DNA of 64,000 nucleotides from Raillietiella orientalis (lineage: Eukaryota): NCBI GenBank assembly GCA_036172245.1, contig JAYWIR010000031.1, positions 186,001 to 250,000 of the forward strand, given 5' to 3'. The notes below the pieces were generated by a model. That model saw only the letters and a list, made by a program, of their open reading frames with translations, did no database searches and was not told the origin of the DNA. Positions 1 through 13,079 of this stretch are shown here, one piece after another (position 1 is the first letter of the stretch; each line of letters starts with the position of its first letter). The position numbers were made by a program, and so were the translations under genes.

Positions 1-1071
1 CCCTCCTTGCGCTTCGTTGCCTAGAATGAGAGGGCGTGGTTTCTCTGCTTGCTTCCCCGGGAGGAGGCAGGGAGGAAGGCCGGGAACGGACAGGAAATGG
101 GCGCGGAAGGATTCCAGAACGAAGGAGGGACGCCAGGCGGAGCTACCCTCTCCCCCCTTTCCGAGGAATCTTCCGCCTACCCGCAAGCCACCCTCGAAGG
201 AGTTTACCACGGCCACCCCCCGAAGATCTCTGCAGCATCTGTGCGACGACACCGAGGTCGTACCGAGCGTCAGGGAAACAGGGGAAGGGGAGGGAAGGGC
301 AGGAGAGGAAGGAAAAAAAAAAAGGGAGGACGAAAAAAAACGGTCCTTTTGCGGAGGATCGTCCGGGAAGGCGGTTGCTCCCACGGAGACAAGGGTTCCT
401 CTCGAACGGGTTCTACCACCTTCTCTGGGGACATTCGGAGCGACCTGTGGATGGGGAGCGGAACTGGCAAAACGCACGTAAAATGACAAACAGGATGGAT
501 TAGAAACCCCTAAAATGTCATGCCACAGAAGCTGAATGCTGATTTTTTATTCAAAAAATTCTGTACGGTGATTTTCAGTTACCGATGAATTTTACATCTT
601 CGAATAGGATTGTTATTTTTGAGAAATAAGTCATCATCATCAAACGAATATATAGGCATGATTATTAGGAAGCTCAAGTTGCTGAATTCATTCCACAAAA
701 AACTTGCAAGATTTGCATCATGGAAAGAGATGTAGAGCGACGCATTATGCTGAGAACTCAAAAAGGCACTCCATCATAAATCACCATCAAACAGCTATCA
801 CAGAGAAACTTTTTCGGAGTAAAAGAATGAATCACACAAATTCTGAAATAAGAAGAATGCCAAAATTCCAATTAATGCTTTCAATGCAAATATGGTGCAA
901 AATTTCCACATAATTGGTGAGCATGACAGAAATAATATAATCAAAATTACGTATATTGTAGTTGACAGTAATAGTAGCAGTTAAATGTTAAAAATGAGAA
1001 TAATTTGTTGCCATTCCAAAAACTCTTGTGAAAACTACTCAACATAAATAGAATGCAACATACCTTCTTTT

Positions 1072-4000
1072 CTACTGTTTCGTACGTTTGGTTACACGTT
1101 TCTTCCTCGTATTCGGTAGTTCTTTGCTCTGTTTTGAAAAGAAAAAAATCAAGAATTATGAACATACAGGTTTATGCTGCATTCTATAACATATAAAAAA
1201 TAAGATGCAGGATATGCGCTTCATATCCTTCATCTTTCTCGGAATATTCTGAAAGGCTTACTAACTTTTGAAAGCACATTCAATGAAATGCCACTGACAA
1301 TGAAATTCCAAAAACAATTCTCAAAAAAATAAACAGTTCTGAAAAACATATAACTGGAGAAACAGAACAAAAACCAAAAGTTCTAAATAATTTTAACATG
1401 TATCTAAAACAAGTTCTGTCAAAAAAAAAAAACAATTTCAAGGCCAACTGTATCTAATAAAATTAATAAGATTTAGCATTTATGAACTACGTAACTGAAG
1501 GGCATGAAGAAAATATATGCACCATGTAGGCAAAATTTCTAATTTCTTCTTTTTCAGCAACACAAGCAAGTTCATAACAAAATTGTGCCAGATCATTTGT
1601 AAGAACTAAATCAGCACAGATACATGCATGCCTGAAGTTTTTCTATCATATAGGTGATCCAAAGGATATTGACAACATATACGATAAAAATCACTATCAA
1701 GTAATCTCATAAAATGAGTTAGCAATAACCACACAAATAAAGGCTGCTTTTCTTACAATAGTAACTGGTATAAAACAAAACAAAAACTAGGAAAAATGAA
1801 AAATAATTAACAGTAAAAGAAATATCGGAAGAAATACTGCCTTACAATACACCAGATTTTAAATCCTAAAATATACAAAAGCCACCAAATAATCAAATGC
1901 TGTTCGTCCAAACTGATAAAAGTATGGAATAAGGCAGGTAATATGTTAAATAAGAATTTTGTAAAAGCATTCTTCAAGAAAACAAAGTGTAAATCCCATT
2001 GCTGTTCAATTTAAAACTTGTGCACTAAAAGGAATTCTATAGAGAATAGAGAACTACTATAGATTCTCTATACAAATTACAATATTTTGTCTGTCCTTTG
2101 TCAACATTTGTCACCAAATCTCTCTTTATCAATACCTCTTTGGTTGCTATTTGAATAAAAGATCAATACCTTTTCTATAAAATTTACTCTATAACAACAT
2201 TATGGAGAAGTCCTGAAAATTACACCATCATTGCTTTCATAGTAAAACAATCTGAACCATGGTGATATTGAAATTAATCCCTGTAACATATGCTAAAAAT
2301 CAAATCTCATGCAACATCATAATAAATCACATATTAAATTACAATTTAATACATAGACATAAATGTTTTACATGATACACACCAACCATGAACATTTTCT
2401 AACCATACTTAATTCAACTGACGCTTGATATGAAAGCACTATTCTATTTCCTATTAAAAATGAAAATATTGAATCATTGCTTATGACTAAACAAAGTTAA
2501 AATCATAAGAGCAGAAGAACAAACAAAATGCAATTTGATGTCAATATCAATAAATGATATAATGACTTTAGGAGAGTTGGAAATATTACACCATTAATTG
2601 CTTACTTTAGCAGAAGCTGTACGTCTTCTTACATTGAAACTTGCATTGCTTTCATTACTACTAAAAATGGGAGAAAAGACATTACTTGCAATGAAATTCC
2701 CTACCAACCTTTGTGCTCCATTAATGACAAATGCTTGGTCTGTCTCATGGCAGAAATTATTGAAAGTACATGGAGATTGCTGCAAAGATTTTGGTATCTT
2801 TTTTGTCTTTTTGGTAGGTTTTCTTAAAACATACACTTCTTCCAAATCACTCTTGCTGCTAGTAATGTAATATTCTAGATAAACATTTCAAATATCAGAA
2901 GTTACTTATAAAGAGCATACCTTCAGCAGAATGCTCTGTATGTGATGGACTGGAAATCTCTGCATTTGACTTTTTGATGGTCAATGTTTTGTTCCCCGAG
3001 GTAATATAAGCCAGCTGTGACCATAAATCAGCTAGTCTCCAATCATTTCCTTTAGTCAGAAGAGAAGTAACACCCTCCATATCACTCTAGAGATAGGTAG
3101 TGCATAGAATATTATTTATGACCTACAAACAATTAATGCTCATCATCATTAATTATCCACATGCTTTATAAAATGACTATGTTGCTATCTAGTTCATTCT
3201 ATTGACATTTTTTGTTATTACCTTGGCAAAGAATTTGTAAATCAGGGTTCCAAGCAATGCAGTCCCTTGCCTAATTCCATTCATTAAAATGGGAATACCA
3301 TGTTTCTTGGAGGCACACAACACTTCATCTATACTCTGATTTTTAAATAATAATCATTTCTAAATGAATTACTCTTACATGTTCATGTTTGAGAAACCAT
3401 GGCTGTATGTAAGAGCGATATAAATAACATGCTCCTTTCTTGTCAGGGACTAAAAGCCATAAAATGCAAAAAAATTTTATTTCATGATAGAAAGGAAACC
3501 TTGAAAACATTGCATGTATTTTAGTAAAACACAGTGACTTACCAGAAACTTAACAAGATATCTCCGGAATATTCAATTACATTGAATATACCGATTACAA
3601 CCCAATACATCATCCATTTCACCTACAAAATAGCGAGGAATCAATATACTATAATTCAAAATTTTCGAAGCATAAACTGTCTTCATTTGAAGCAAAACTA
3701 AAAATGTTCAATTTAAAACATCAAGATCTAACTTTGATCCTACCTGAATATCTTTCCAATGAAATCTAAATTAGAATTCATTTCACATCATGAGTGTTTT
3801 TTTTTTTTTTTTTTTACAATAACATATAGACAATTACTTGAAACAAACATGTACATATAAATTTTGTGAAGAAACTTAAACTCACATGTTCTTTTGAATT
3901 TTTATTATGAAGAGTTTTACAAGAAGAATAAACGGGATAAAGCGTACCCAATACAAACCTAAAACATGTAAATGTGGGCATTACTATGCATATATTGAAA

Positions 4001-4152
4001 CTTTCATTATTTCTGTCTATACAATCAAGATTGAGCAACTTCAATCACTCAAAAATACAAGTATAAAATTCAAGTCTCACATACGATCTTTTACGTAACC
4101 ACAAATGAAACTAAAATTTTCACCTGGAAATCCTGAATATAAACGATAGCAT
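1072..4152 (-). CDS. REEP: Receptor expression-enhancing protein (REEP1-4 subfamily, TB2/DP1/HVA22 domain), ~302 aa, >=8 exons
   Basis: Hand-spliced GT-AG exons in consistent phase: 4152-4124 (MLSFIFRIS), 3958-3886 (FVLGTLYPVYSSCKTLHNKNSKEH), 3622-3543 (VKWMMYWVVIGIFNVIEYSGDILLSF), 3499-3379 (WFPFYHEIKFFCILWLLVPDKKGACYLYRSYIQPWFLKHEH), 3335-3222 (SIDEVLCASKK...), 3086-2921, 2874-2606, probable last exon 1128-1072 (SKELPNTRKKRVTKRTKQ*). GTLYP, VKWMMYW and WFPFY are REEP1-4 hallmarks. The C-terminal exon choice between 2606 and 1128 is uncertain. Confidence 0.92.
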
Positions 4153-5410
4153 GTCATACGCAATGTCCAATTCGATGCAATCTCGACTCGGTCACGATAT
4201 TTAAAACATTACACAGGAATTTCTTGGTGGGTTGTTGCTGTTTTGAAATATGCAGATGATCTTGTGTACGCATAAATTTGCTGTATTTGCGACAGATTAT
4301 AAAAATCTCAGGGCAAAACCTCGAGCTTTATTTAGTTGATTGGCAGTTACGAAAATAATCAAATATGAAGTACAGGGATACCAAGAGTCTAAGTAGTCAT
4401 AATGTTGCTTTTGTACTTCACTTTGCCAAATCATAAAATTAACAAAATACGAAGGAAGAAATCAAGCATTATCGCTGATACCAAACAGATTACAAATGCA
4501 TTTTTTATTATGGGCTGCTCTTTTTTGAGAGTATACCTACTGGAATTTCGAAACACCAAAACCACATGAATTCAAATTCAATTGTTTATCCTTCACTTTA
4601 ATTAAAAATTAATTTTCGATGCTGAATATGGTCCATTTGTTATGCATAGTATGAAAGTATTATCTGAGCATCGCTAAAATTTAGTTTTTATGTTTGAAAA
4701 CGTTTGAAAGCGTAGTATGATGCCAAATACAAGAAGATAAGATATTAAGAAGAACACATTGTTTTTAAAGCATGAACGCTAAAAGAACAATAAGTTTGCG
4801 TGTATGCTTAAGAAATTGAAATGGTCCGATAACAATCATCGAGCCCCAAAACGATTATTACTGAATGTTTTGGAAAGTAAAAAACGGAGTAAAATATGTT
4901 GAAAGTCTGTGAAATTACAGCTAAAGGGACGTTGGCAGACTATGTAGATTGAAATGAAAAGGAGTCTAAGATAAGCCTAATTTTTCTTAGGCTAACATAA
5001 ATAATGGAAGCTTACTACATAATATTGCAAATACCGGAAACCTGTGCCAGTTTCTTTGTCAATGGAAACGTCAATAATGCTTCATTGTGTTTGAGGGCTT
5101 TTGCTTTCACAGATTTACTAAGTTGTCTCAGAAATGCACATATTTATTACTAATTCACGTACCTGTCACTTCGGAGGTATTAAAACTCTCAAGTTAATTT
5201 TCTTAAGAATTTTTATTCTTTATTATAGCAAATTCATAAGAATTATTTTATCTTCAGGTTCCATTTCACATGCTGGAGTTTGAATAAATTAATTTTGTCA
5301 CTCGACCACCATCTTCATCATCTGAAGATTGAATACTTTCATAATTCAATTACTACACAGTGTAATAGTTGATGGTACGCTTACATGTATAAACCGCGAA
5401 AACGAAACTG

Positions 5411-6399
5411 ATGAAAAAATGGGGTGAAAAAAACCATGGAGAAATAAAACTTGCATACACAGACTTCATACACATGCATTTTATACTTATAGCGATGCAT
5501 GTATTCGAAAAGACAATCTCAGGTCTGCAGATTTCTCGTATTTCAGGAATGAAAATACTAAAGACAAATGGTATAACAGATCATCATACTGAAGTATGCT
5601 ATCCATTTGTTATCCTGTAGTCGATCGTAGGTTATCGCTCACTATAATGGCTTGCTTACTACATGCATTTGTTCTCATCTTTTACTGTAAGTTTGAATTG
5701 CTGATTGTCGAGAAACCCGAAAATTTATTGGTAAGAAATGTGCAAACACCTATTAGCAATTTTATATTGAAGTGTGTTATAAATTGATAAATTGCAGTTG
5801 GTTCTGTGCACGTCATTCGTGAGATATGTAACAACCAGACAGTTATGCTAGCAATAAATGTATGTGTGTAGCACAAATATGAGATCAAATGTAGTTAAAC
5901 AATATCTCTATAGTTTGAAGATCTAAACTAAGCAAGTTCATTTCGAAATCATCAGGTTGAATTGCAAATTAGGTTTCTTATAAGGGATGTTTGTTCCGAA
6001 GCGCAAAGGAGAGTACTTCTGGCTAACTTTAGTGTGAAACTGACACTCCATGTCAAAGCACACTACGTGTTGTCACAATATCTGATGCCATGCGAAAGTG
6101 ACCAAATACGAATCACATTGCAGTGGATCACATCATTGCCATGCACAGGGATCTACAAAAACTCTCATTCACAAGAAACCAGTTAGGGGGTGGAGGAAGC
6201 AATGAAAAGATTTTCGCACCTAAGGAAAAAGCGAGAACACGTGGACTTCGAGGGACTACCCAAAATCCCATTTCATATTTCAGATAGAGGAACTTTCGGT
6301 ATAGCTATGATGGGATACTCGACTCGAATGAATAATGGGCTTAGGTATTACGTACGATCATGTCTGATACACATGCAACTCGAACCCAAATCCAGATAA
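5411..6399 (+). mobile_element. Decayed Ty3/gypsy pol relic (RNase H + integrase core), AT-rich
   Basis: Collinear motifs across frameshifted ORFs: ITDHH (5573, cf. TDH), FELLIVEKP (cf. FEIVYKPG), ITLQWITSLP (6112, cf. ISMDFITGLP), GLPK..ISDRGTF (6277), RMNNGLRYYVR (cf. ERMNxTLEQYLR). Confidence 0.55.
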
Positions 6400-7559
6400 T
6401 AATGTGAATGCGAGGACCCTCTACGTGCACATCCCAATGCATTGCACGAAACCAATGCTGCTTTTGTAATGAAGCTCAAGATGTTTCGTTCCTTAGATGT
6501 TTCACGCTGTAGAAGAAATTCACGAACGCTTCACTGAAAGCAACCAAACAGAGAATTCTGGAAGTTTCTACCACTCTTAAGCACATGCTCAGCGACGTAA
6601 AAGATCACCCATTTTTCAGGGTTCCGTTATCGTTATCACTCTCCTAAATTAGAAAAAGACTTCCTAATTGCAACGAGGAACGTACTCAACAACTGAAAGT
6701 TAGGCATCTACTACCACTTGGAAAACAAAAACAAAAAACTAGAAACTGATAAATCTTCTTAGGTAAGATTCTGGCTGCTCTAAGTATGGTGCAACTCGGA
6801 GAGTTCTTCGGTGTGGAACGACAGCCGACTCTCTTGAAGAGTGGGCGGCGACAATCGTGACTTAGTGGACCATCTAAGAGAGGGCAGTTAACAAAAAGAT
6901 GCATGATGCTAAAACAAAAAACACAAATCGCGAAAGAAAGCTTCTGTTTGGAAGCACACAAAAAAAGGACTGTAAGCTATTGAGAAAAGAAGGAACCCAG
7001 CCGGATACTAAAATCAGGATATTCGAATGTCAGTCTTTGCGTAGTGCCTACTAGTGAGATGTGGGTGGGTGTTCCTCGTTTTTTTTTTTTTCTTTAAAAA
7101 AAAAAAATACTCAAGAAAATCGGCAGAACAAGAAAACAGACCTTGAACACGGACAGCAAAGAGGGCCCACATCTCATCTCGGAAAGTTTGTTCAGGACTC
7201 AGACGCGGATCCAAAGCAGATACAGCCACTGCAAAAGAGACAGCAACCAACGAAAGCAGGATTCAAATTATATCTATATACACACGAAAGTAGCACTTGT
7301 GTTTACATAGAGTTACTTCAAATTGTTCGTTTTCCCACTTTATGTTTGGTCCTTGGTCAGTCCGTGTTAACCGATGGTTTTCTAAAACAGCTTTAAGCAT
7401 CAAAATCTCGAAAGGCGTTAGGAGTTCAGTGAGCTCAGCATGCTTCTTTAATTGTTCTGCACATTTAATTGTTCTCCACAAGGCTCTCATTTTAAAGGAT
7501 GCAATAATTAGACGAAATACACATGTTTTGCAATAATTAAACACACATCATGTCAATCG

Positions 7560-8141
7560 CTGGTGACTTTGGTATCGAATGAAAGTCCGTGGAATGCGAA
7601 TTGAACAGCTTGCTAACCGAGCTTAAGAAACTCTTGAAACTTTTAGAGATTCCTCCGACGACCAGCAGGACAGCTTTGTTGGACTTTTGCGGCTTCATTT
7701 GCCTTCTACTGGTTTCCAGAACTCGGGAATCGTGGGAGCGTCATCTGGGTGAAGCATGGAAATGCGGGAGAGCAGATCCCGCTTCCTCTCTCCACGGACA
7801 CTTTCCATGTAACGAGTCTGCATCCCAGAAAGATGAGGATTGTAGGAATGAAGTCGCCTGAAAAGGTACAAATGCGACTGTGTTGCACAAACAATGAATG
7901 AACCAATCCTTACACAGCCTTTGTCTGTTGATTATGGCCAAGAGATAGAGTTTCTAATGTCTCTGCGCCAACCGTGGAGCAGGGGGTCAGACGTGGGAAA
8001 TGCGGAACCATAGCTACACTGGAAGAAGAGCTAAAGTTTCCTGACGGGTGCCTGACGGGAACAGTAAAGGCGCATCGCGTAACCCGAAGGGGATGTTACA
8101 AAAGTATGGGCACACCACAGATCCTCATCAGGTGGGCTGGT
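7560..8141 (+). mobile_element. Decayed gypsy integrase with chromodomain-like tail
   Basis: DFGI..ELNSLLTELKKLLKLLEI, SWERHL, PASSLHGHFP (cf. SPFxLLxGRxP), ELKFPD, then KAHRVTRRG...PQILIRWAG (8067-8141; chromodomain-like). Confidence 0.5.
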
Positions 8142-8659
8142 CCGAGAAGCCGGTCATGCAGAGAGGCAGTCGGAGCGCTTACCAACGGCTAGTGATTCCA
8201 CGTCTCCATCCTGCTCATTTCCAGTAAAAATCGGCAGATGGGACAGAAATCGTCAAAGGGGATCTTGAGAAAAAGGATTATGGCGTGTTTGGATGGCAGC
8301 AAAAGAGTACTCGGTGCAGCTACCTAATTTCACTGCTGAGAGACCTGTCGACCAAGGAATGGCCCGTGGAACCCTAAGTTAGGAAGAAACGAAAGAACGC
8401 CAGCGAACGTCTTCCTCTACCTAACCCTGGAACTAATAAAAGGCAGTAATCAAACAGAGGTCCAGAACTAAAGAATCTCAAGTCTGCTGGCCCCACCAGT
8501 CTGCCTGCTCGATGTTGAATCTGCTTGCTGTCCTGCATATTAAGGGGTTCAGTTCTCCCGGTTCGTGAGCAGTTATCTGGCAGGGAGGCACACACTGCTG
8601 CAAGGGATGTCAACAACAGTCTCAATTCCTGGATCTCAAGATGCTACTCCAGATCGAAC

Positions 8660-8980
8660 TCTTCTCTCAAGTCCGAAAGTTTATGAGAAAAAGAGGAATC
8701 CATGTCTGTAGTGATGAGCGAACCCGAAGTTCAATGGACCTATCCCGAACACGTCAGTCATCATCGGAAATATCGTGCACCTTTACTGGGACAAAAGACA
8801 CGAGCCTGGTGTTCCGAGTGCTTCTAACGACGCTAATATTGGAGTGAGCGCACGAAAATATCTGGAAACATGGAAGTGAGGCACTTTCCGCTTCCAACGA
8901 CAGCATCCTGCAATCAATATCTTAAGGATGCTGAATTGTGATTTCGCGAACGTCCAGAAACATAAATCACCTCGCTGGTT
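8660..8980 (+). mobile_element. Possible gypsy integrase relic
   Basis: QVRKFMRK, SMDL/GPIP, QHPAINILRMLN (cf. YHPQTNGLVERLN) in the expected order over several frames. Confidence 0.35.
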
Positions 8981-10099
8981 TTCTGAACCACAGCGTGAGT
9001 CGTCGTTGAGGGATCGATAAAAGTGACTTCCCAGCGCCAGCAATTCCACTTATTTGCCACCACGTGGGAGAATTTCAGTTGTCCGGGGAGGAGGAGACCG
9101 ATGCCATCTACAGGCTCATTCTTTCCGTATCAGCAGGAGGAACTTCAGATGCAAGTAAATTGAATTACATCGGATCACTAGTTTTGTTTCAAGATGCGCA
9201 AGATTTGGTGTGGAACAATTTCGATCAGGTTATCTGATCACGTTCTTGAGCACCAATCAGAAAATTGCCTCCAATCATCCCATAACGTTCCTCCATTCTC
9301 CTGCGGATGATCATAACGGAAATGGAAAGATCCCTCTCATCATTAGTCGAAAGGGTGACTATATCAAAAAATATGGCTGTTTCATCAAGTTGCCATGATC
9401 TTTACGTTTCTACTATACATTGCTAATGTATAATACAAACATACATTGTAGTGCAAATACACTGCAAATGCACTACTTTGTATGGAATGCCTTAGTTTTT
9501 ATTTGAGCGACAGGAAATGCTAGATCTACAGCTGCACAAAATGTAACATCTCATACACGTACAGATCTGTGTGAATAACAAAGGAGAGTGAGACATGCCT
9601 AGGATTAGCCATCAAACTGACCTATTTAGGCGCATAAATTTTCAAAAAAATGATAAAACAAGGTATATTTAATCTGATACATAGCTCCTTTGAACGCAGA
9701 TGCTCTGAGGTAAGGCAAAATCATTAAAGACGTGTTCTCAAACACGGAACAGCATCTGCGACTACCATCACCTGCCACTAAAACGGAACTCAAGAAATAA
9801 ACTTGCACCTGCTGCTCCCAATGCCGAAGTCAGCAGTGGCAAACTGATGCAATCACTCCATAGTCGCGAGTTGCTAAAGTTCTAGCTTTAGAAACTCTTT
9901 GAACAACTAGAGATTAAGGGGGGATGTTTGCTGGAGAATCCTTAAGAAAACATTCCACAGAGTGCACGCATGCATCAGACCTCAGATCGCGTCTTCAACT
10001 TTTCCGAAGTAGAAACACAGAACCTATTAATATACATGGAAGACAGGAGAAAGATTTTGGTCAGCAGTGTTTCGTGGTAGTTTTCGTCCGCATACCAAT

Positions 10100-10235
10100 T
10101 TTCCGGGTCAGCCAAAAGTCTTGCAAGCAGCTTTTGTTCAGTTTGGCTGCGGATGCAAAAGCTGACTTCAGGAACGTGGTCTCTGGTCGACACGTAACTG
10201 CACACATCTTTGTGACACACCCCTTGCGATCTGTT
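10100..10235 (+). mobile_element. Gypsy RNase H relic
   Basis: RVSQKSCKQLLFSL...FRNVVSGRHVTAHIFVTHPLR in ORF 9924-10265 (cf. RYSQIEKELLAIV...FRxYLxGRxFTVxTDHxPL). Confidence 0.4.
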
Positions 10236-11899
10236 TCTTTGTCTTACATTGCTCAATTGCCTTGAATATCAGAGAGAGCAGTGATGTGCAAACTTCGTGC
10301 CATGTATTCCAGTGATTATATTCCAAAATTCATACGTCGGTTTGCATCCAAGGAAAAAGTCCACATAAGCAAAAAATAAACTTCGCTTTCATATAAGTAC
10401 TTGTGAAACGAAATTCATGGAAATGTACAGTTGTTATTCAGTTTTTGTTACAGCAGCATTTATTCAAGTACAGTTAGACGTTTTCCATGAGAGTTTCGTA
10501 TGCGTCTCACGGGTCTTACCAGTCCAGCATATGGTATATTTCATGTAATTTTCTTGTTCCCCCTTTTATCTGTTATATCTCCTCTTGAATCTTCTAAATA
10601 TTATTAAAACTGACTTTTTTTTTTGGAAGAAACTTTTATTACCCACACTTCCAAGTAAAGAATCCGTTTTCAAAAAATAACTATGACATGTTAGCTCTCT
10701 AAGACATAAGGATAGCTCTTTTTTAACGAGGATTCACCCTCAGGAGCTTTACCAAAGAAGGTAGATTCTAAAGGCAAGATCCAGGCAACCAGTTTCTATT
10801 AATAGGCACACTTTCCCTCTCATTCAATCTTCAGACTTTCAGGCTTTCCACTGATCGTTGATGAGGATGTGTGTGTTTATTACCTGTAAACACGATCTAA
10901 AATTTTAGTATCCGCAGTTAGACGGACATGGCAGTACATCAATGTCTTTTTCCACAAGAATCCTTCATGAATGGATCTTTTTGCATTCTCCTCGAATTCT
11001 GCAAATATTTTCACGAACTAAGTAAATGGCAACGACCAAAACATTTGTTTTCGGATTTTGGACAAAATTCCTTTGGTCGCATCTTCAGGGCGAGAACAAC
11101 GAAACGGATACATTATCCGTAGTATCCTATTTATTGAGAAACGGAGATACAGTAATAAGGAATGCTCCACAATGCATTCCGTTTTTCGTCAAAGCACAGC
11201 AGAAATTACCAACTCGTTCAGTTGGCAGAAAATTTCACAGAGGGGTAGTGTTATTTATTGTCTTTGCCTGCAGAGTGACATCTGCATAGCCAAACACTTG
11301 CATTTCCATTCCAACTGCATTTTGGATCATGTATTCTTTTCAAATCTGGAAACATCAAAAGAATCTCGGTCACGTATACAGAAGAATCTTCTTTAAAAAA
11401 GTATTCGTCCTCTGTTCACAGGATTTCCTTTTCGTGAAAGCTTTTATGTGCGATTTTGACAATTTTTGAATAATTTCTGGCAGCTTGGAACACACACACC
11501 CATCGAGGTTGAAAATCTTGCTTTGCACGTCTCTATCCTTGGATTCAGAATTCATTCCCTTTGAATGCTTTACAACAATTTTGCAAAATTGTGTCATAGG
11601 TTTGATGTAGATGTACATTGAAAGTTACGCTGTTGCTCCTTGGCATAAATGCAAGCATATATATATATATATATTGTATTTCAAAGGAAGGAAAAATCTC
11701 CATAAATCAAATTGCCTTTGTTCATACGGAAAGTGCAAGTTGCTGGTTCTCGTTGCTTGGTAAAGACTTCGTTTTCTCATTTGTTTACTTGACATTTTTA
11801 TTGAGAATGACTTGTTTCCGTACTTTCACAAGAGAGTAATTAAGTTCCCTCGCTATCTATTTATATCCTGCGCATTCTTCCCTACTCCTATTAAAAAGG

Positions 11900-13001
11900 A
11901 ACAACCATGGTGCATTCCCGAAAACTCGCCAATGCAGTTGACTTTCACTTGGTTGATTAGTTGCACCTTTTGCAAATAGGAAGACCAATTCTCCATTTTC
12001 TCCTCCTGCGGTGCACAAACACGGATGTAGAAGGGATTACCACCTGAGAACGAGGCGGAATCTTCGAAATTTCGTGTTCCTGCATCAGAAATGAACGACG
12101 GCATTTAACTTTTCCCGTGGAGTGCCAGATCCAAATTTTTCCTGGTACTACGTTTAATATTTTCTGAATAAAGCATAGCTTGAATGTTTGTTACAGGTTT
12201 CTTAGAAGTTGTAAAGTATTGTGAGGACTTCTAAATGCTGATACTAATTCTGAAGAATTCATATTAGCACTTAGGAGAATTCTAGTCATTATTCATTCAC
12301 ACAGTAAGAACAAAAATGGCTGAAAAAAGATAGAGTACACTCAGTATCCATGATGTAAATATATACTTTGATATTCCAAGAATGCTGAATTGCAAAATGT
12401 GATTGCCTAGTAAGTTCTCTATACGCCTCGCGATGCCTTACAACTTGGAAAGTCAGCTGCAATGGCGAGTTTTCGTTGCTTGAATCGATTCACCGAAGTC
12501 CTATTCATTGAGAATGTTGTCACTTCAATGAAATTTCCTGTCATCGGGTTGGGTGGAGGTGTTTCTCAAGTATGTCGTAATCAGGTGACTCAGAATGGGG
12601 ATTCGCGTTTTTTCCGATGCTTCTCCTGCTTTCCTGAGCAGATATCCGAAGACACCTTGCACGAGACCGTTGGAAATTCGGTTTCTCTCTGGATGTACAA
12701 GATGGAAAACTGTCGCTTGCCTTTTCATCTTGAGCGAAGGTTCTGCCGAGTCGATCGAGTTGAAGATCTGCCCCCAGTCGCGTGATTCTGAAGTGTGCAA
12801 GCTGTGAACTGAACTCTTGGGTTCAGCACATAAAACCTCGATGTGAGACTCACCGCTCATCATGTTGATTTTGTTCCGGTCATGGTTTTCAGTTGTGATG
12901 CTATGGGCACACCATTCCTTTTTCCAGAGCAGTGGAATTTCGGAGTGAATAATGACTGTCCTGGTATCGAAAGGGTAGATGTGTTGCCCCCTCCAATGCA
13001 A
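11900..13001 (-). mobile_element. Gypsy integrase core relic (158-codon open frame)
   Basis: ORF 12525-13001: KEWCAHSITTE, SRDWGQIFNS (cf. SDxGxxFxS), HPERNRISNGLVQ (cf. HPQSNGLVER; catalytic E lost), LLRK, YLRNT; downstream GGNPFY at ~12040. Confidence 0.55.
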
Positions 13002-13079
13002 TTTGCAGCCTCATGTTCTGTCGCCGGGTTTCCCCATGAGCTCCCGTCCCGCCGGACGGGCTCCATGCACTTTGAGCCA

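Noticed and set aside
2039..2071. 9-bp inverted repeat ATAGAGAAT...ATTCTCTAT in a REEP intron
   Set aside because: Short and AT-rich; compatible with chance.
1190..2290. Additional REEP C-terminal exons (acceptors near 2281, 2147 and 1249)
   Set aside because: Candidate exons either stop quickly or lack a clear in-phase donor; cannot be resolved without transcripts.
5040..5390. Extra minus-strand exons upstream of REEP (donors near 5162 and 5384)
   Set aside because: All frames contain stops and no homology is recognisable; could be UTR exons, but unsupported.
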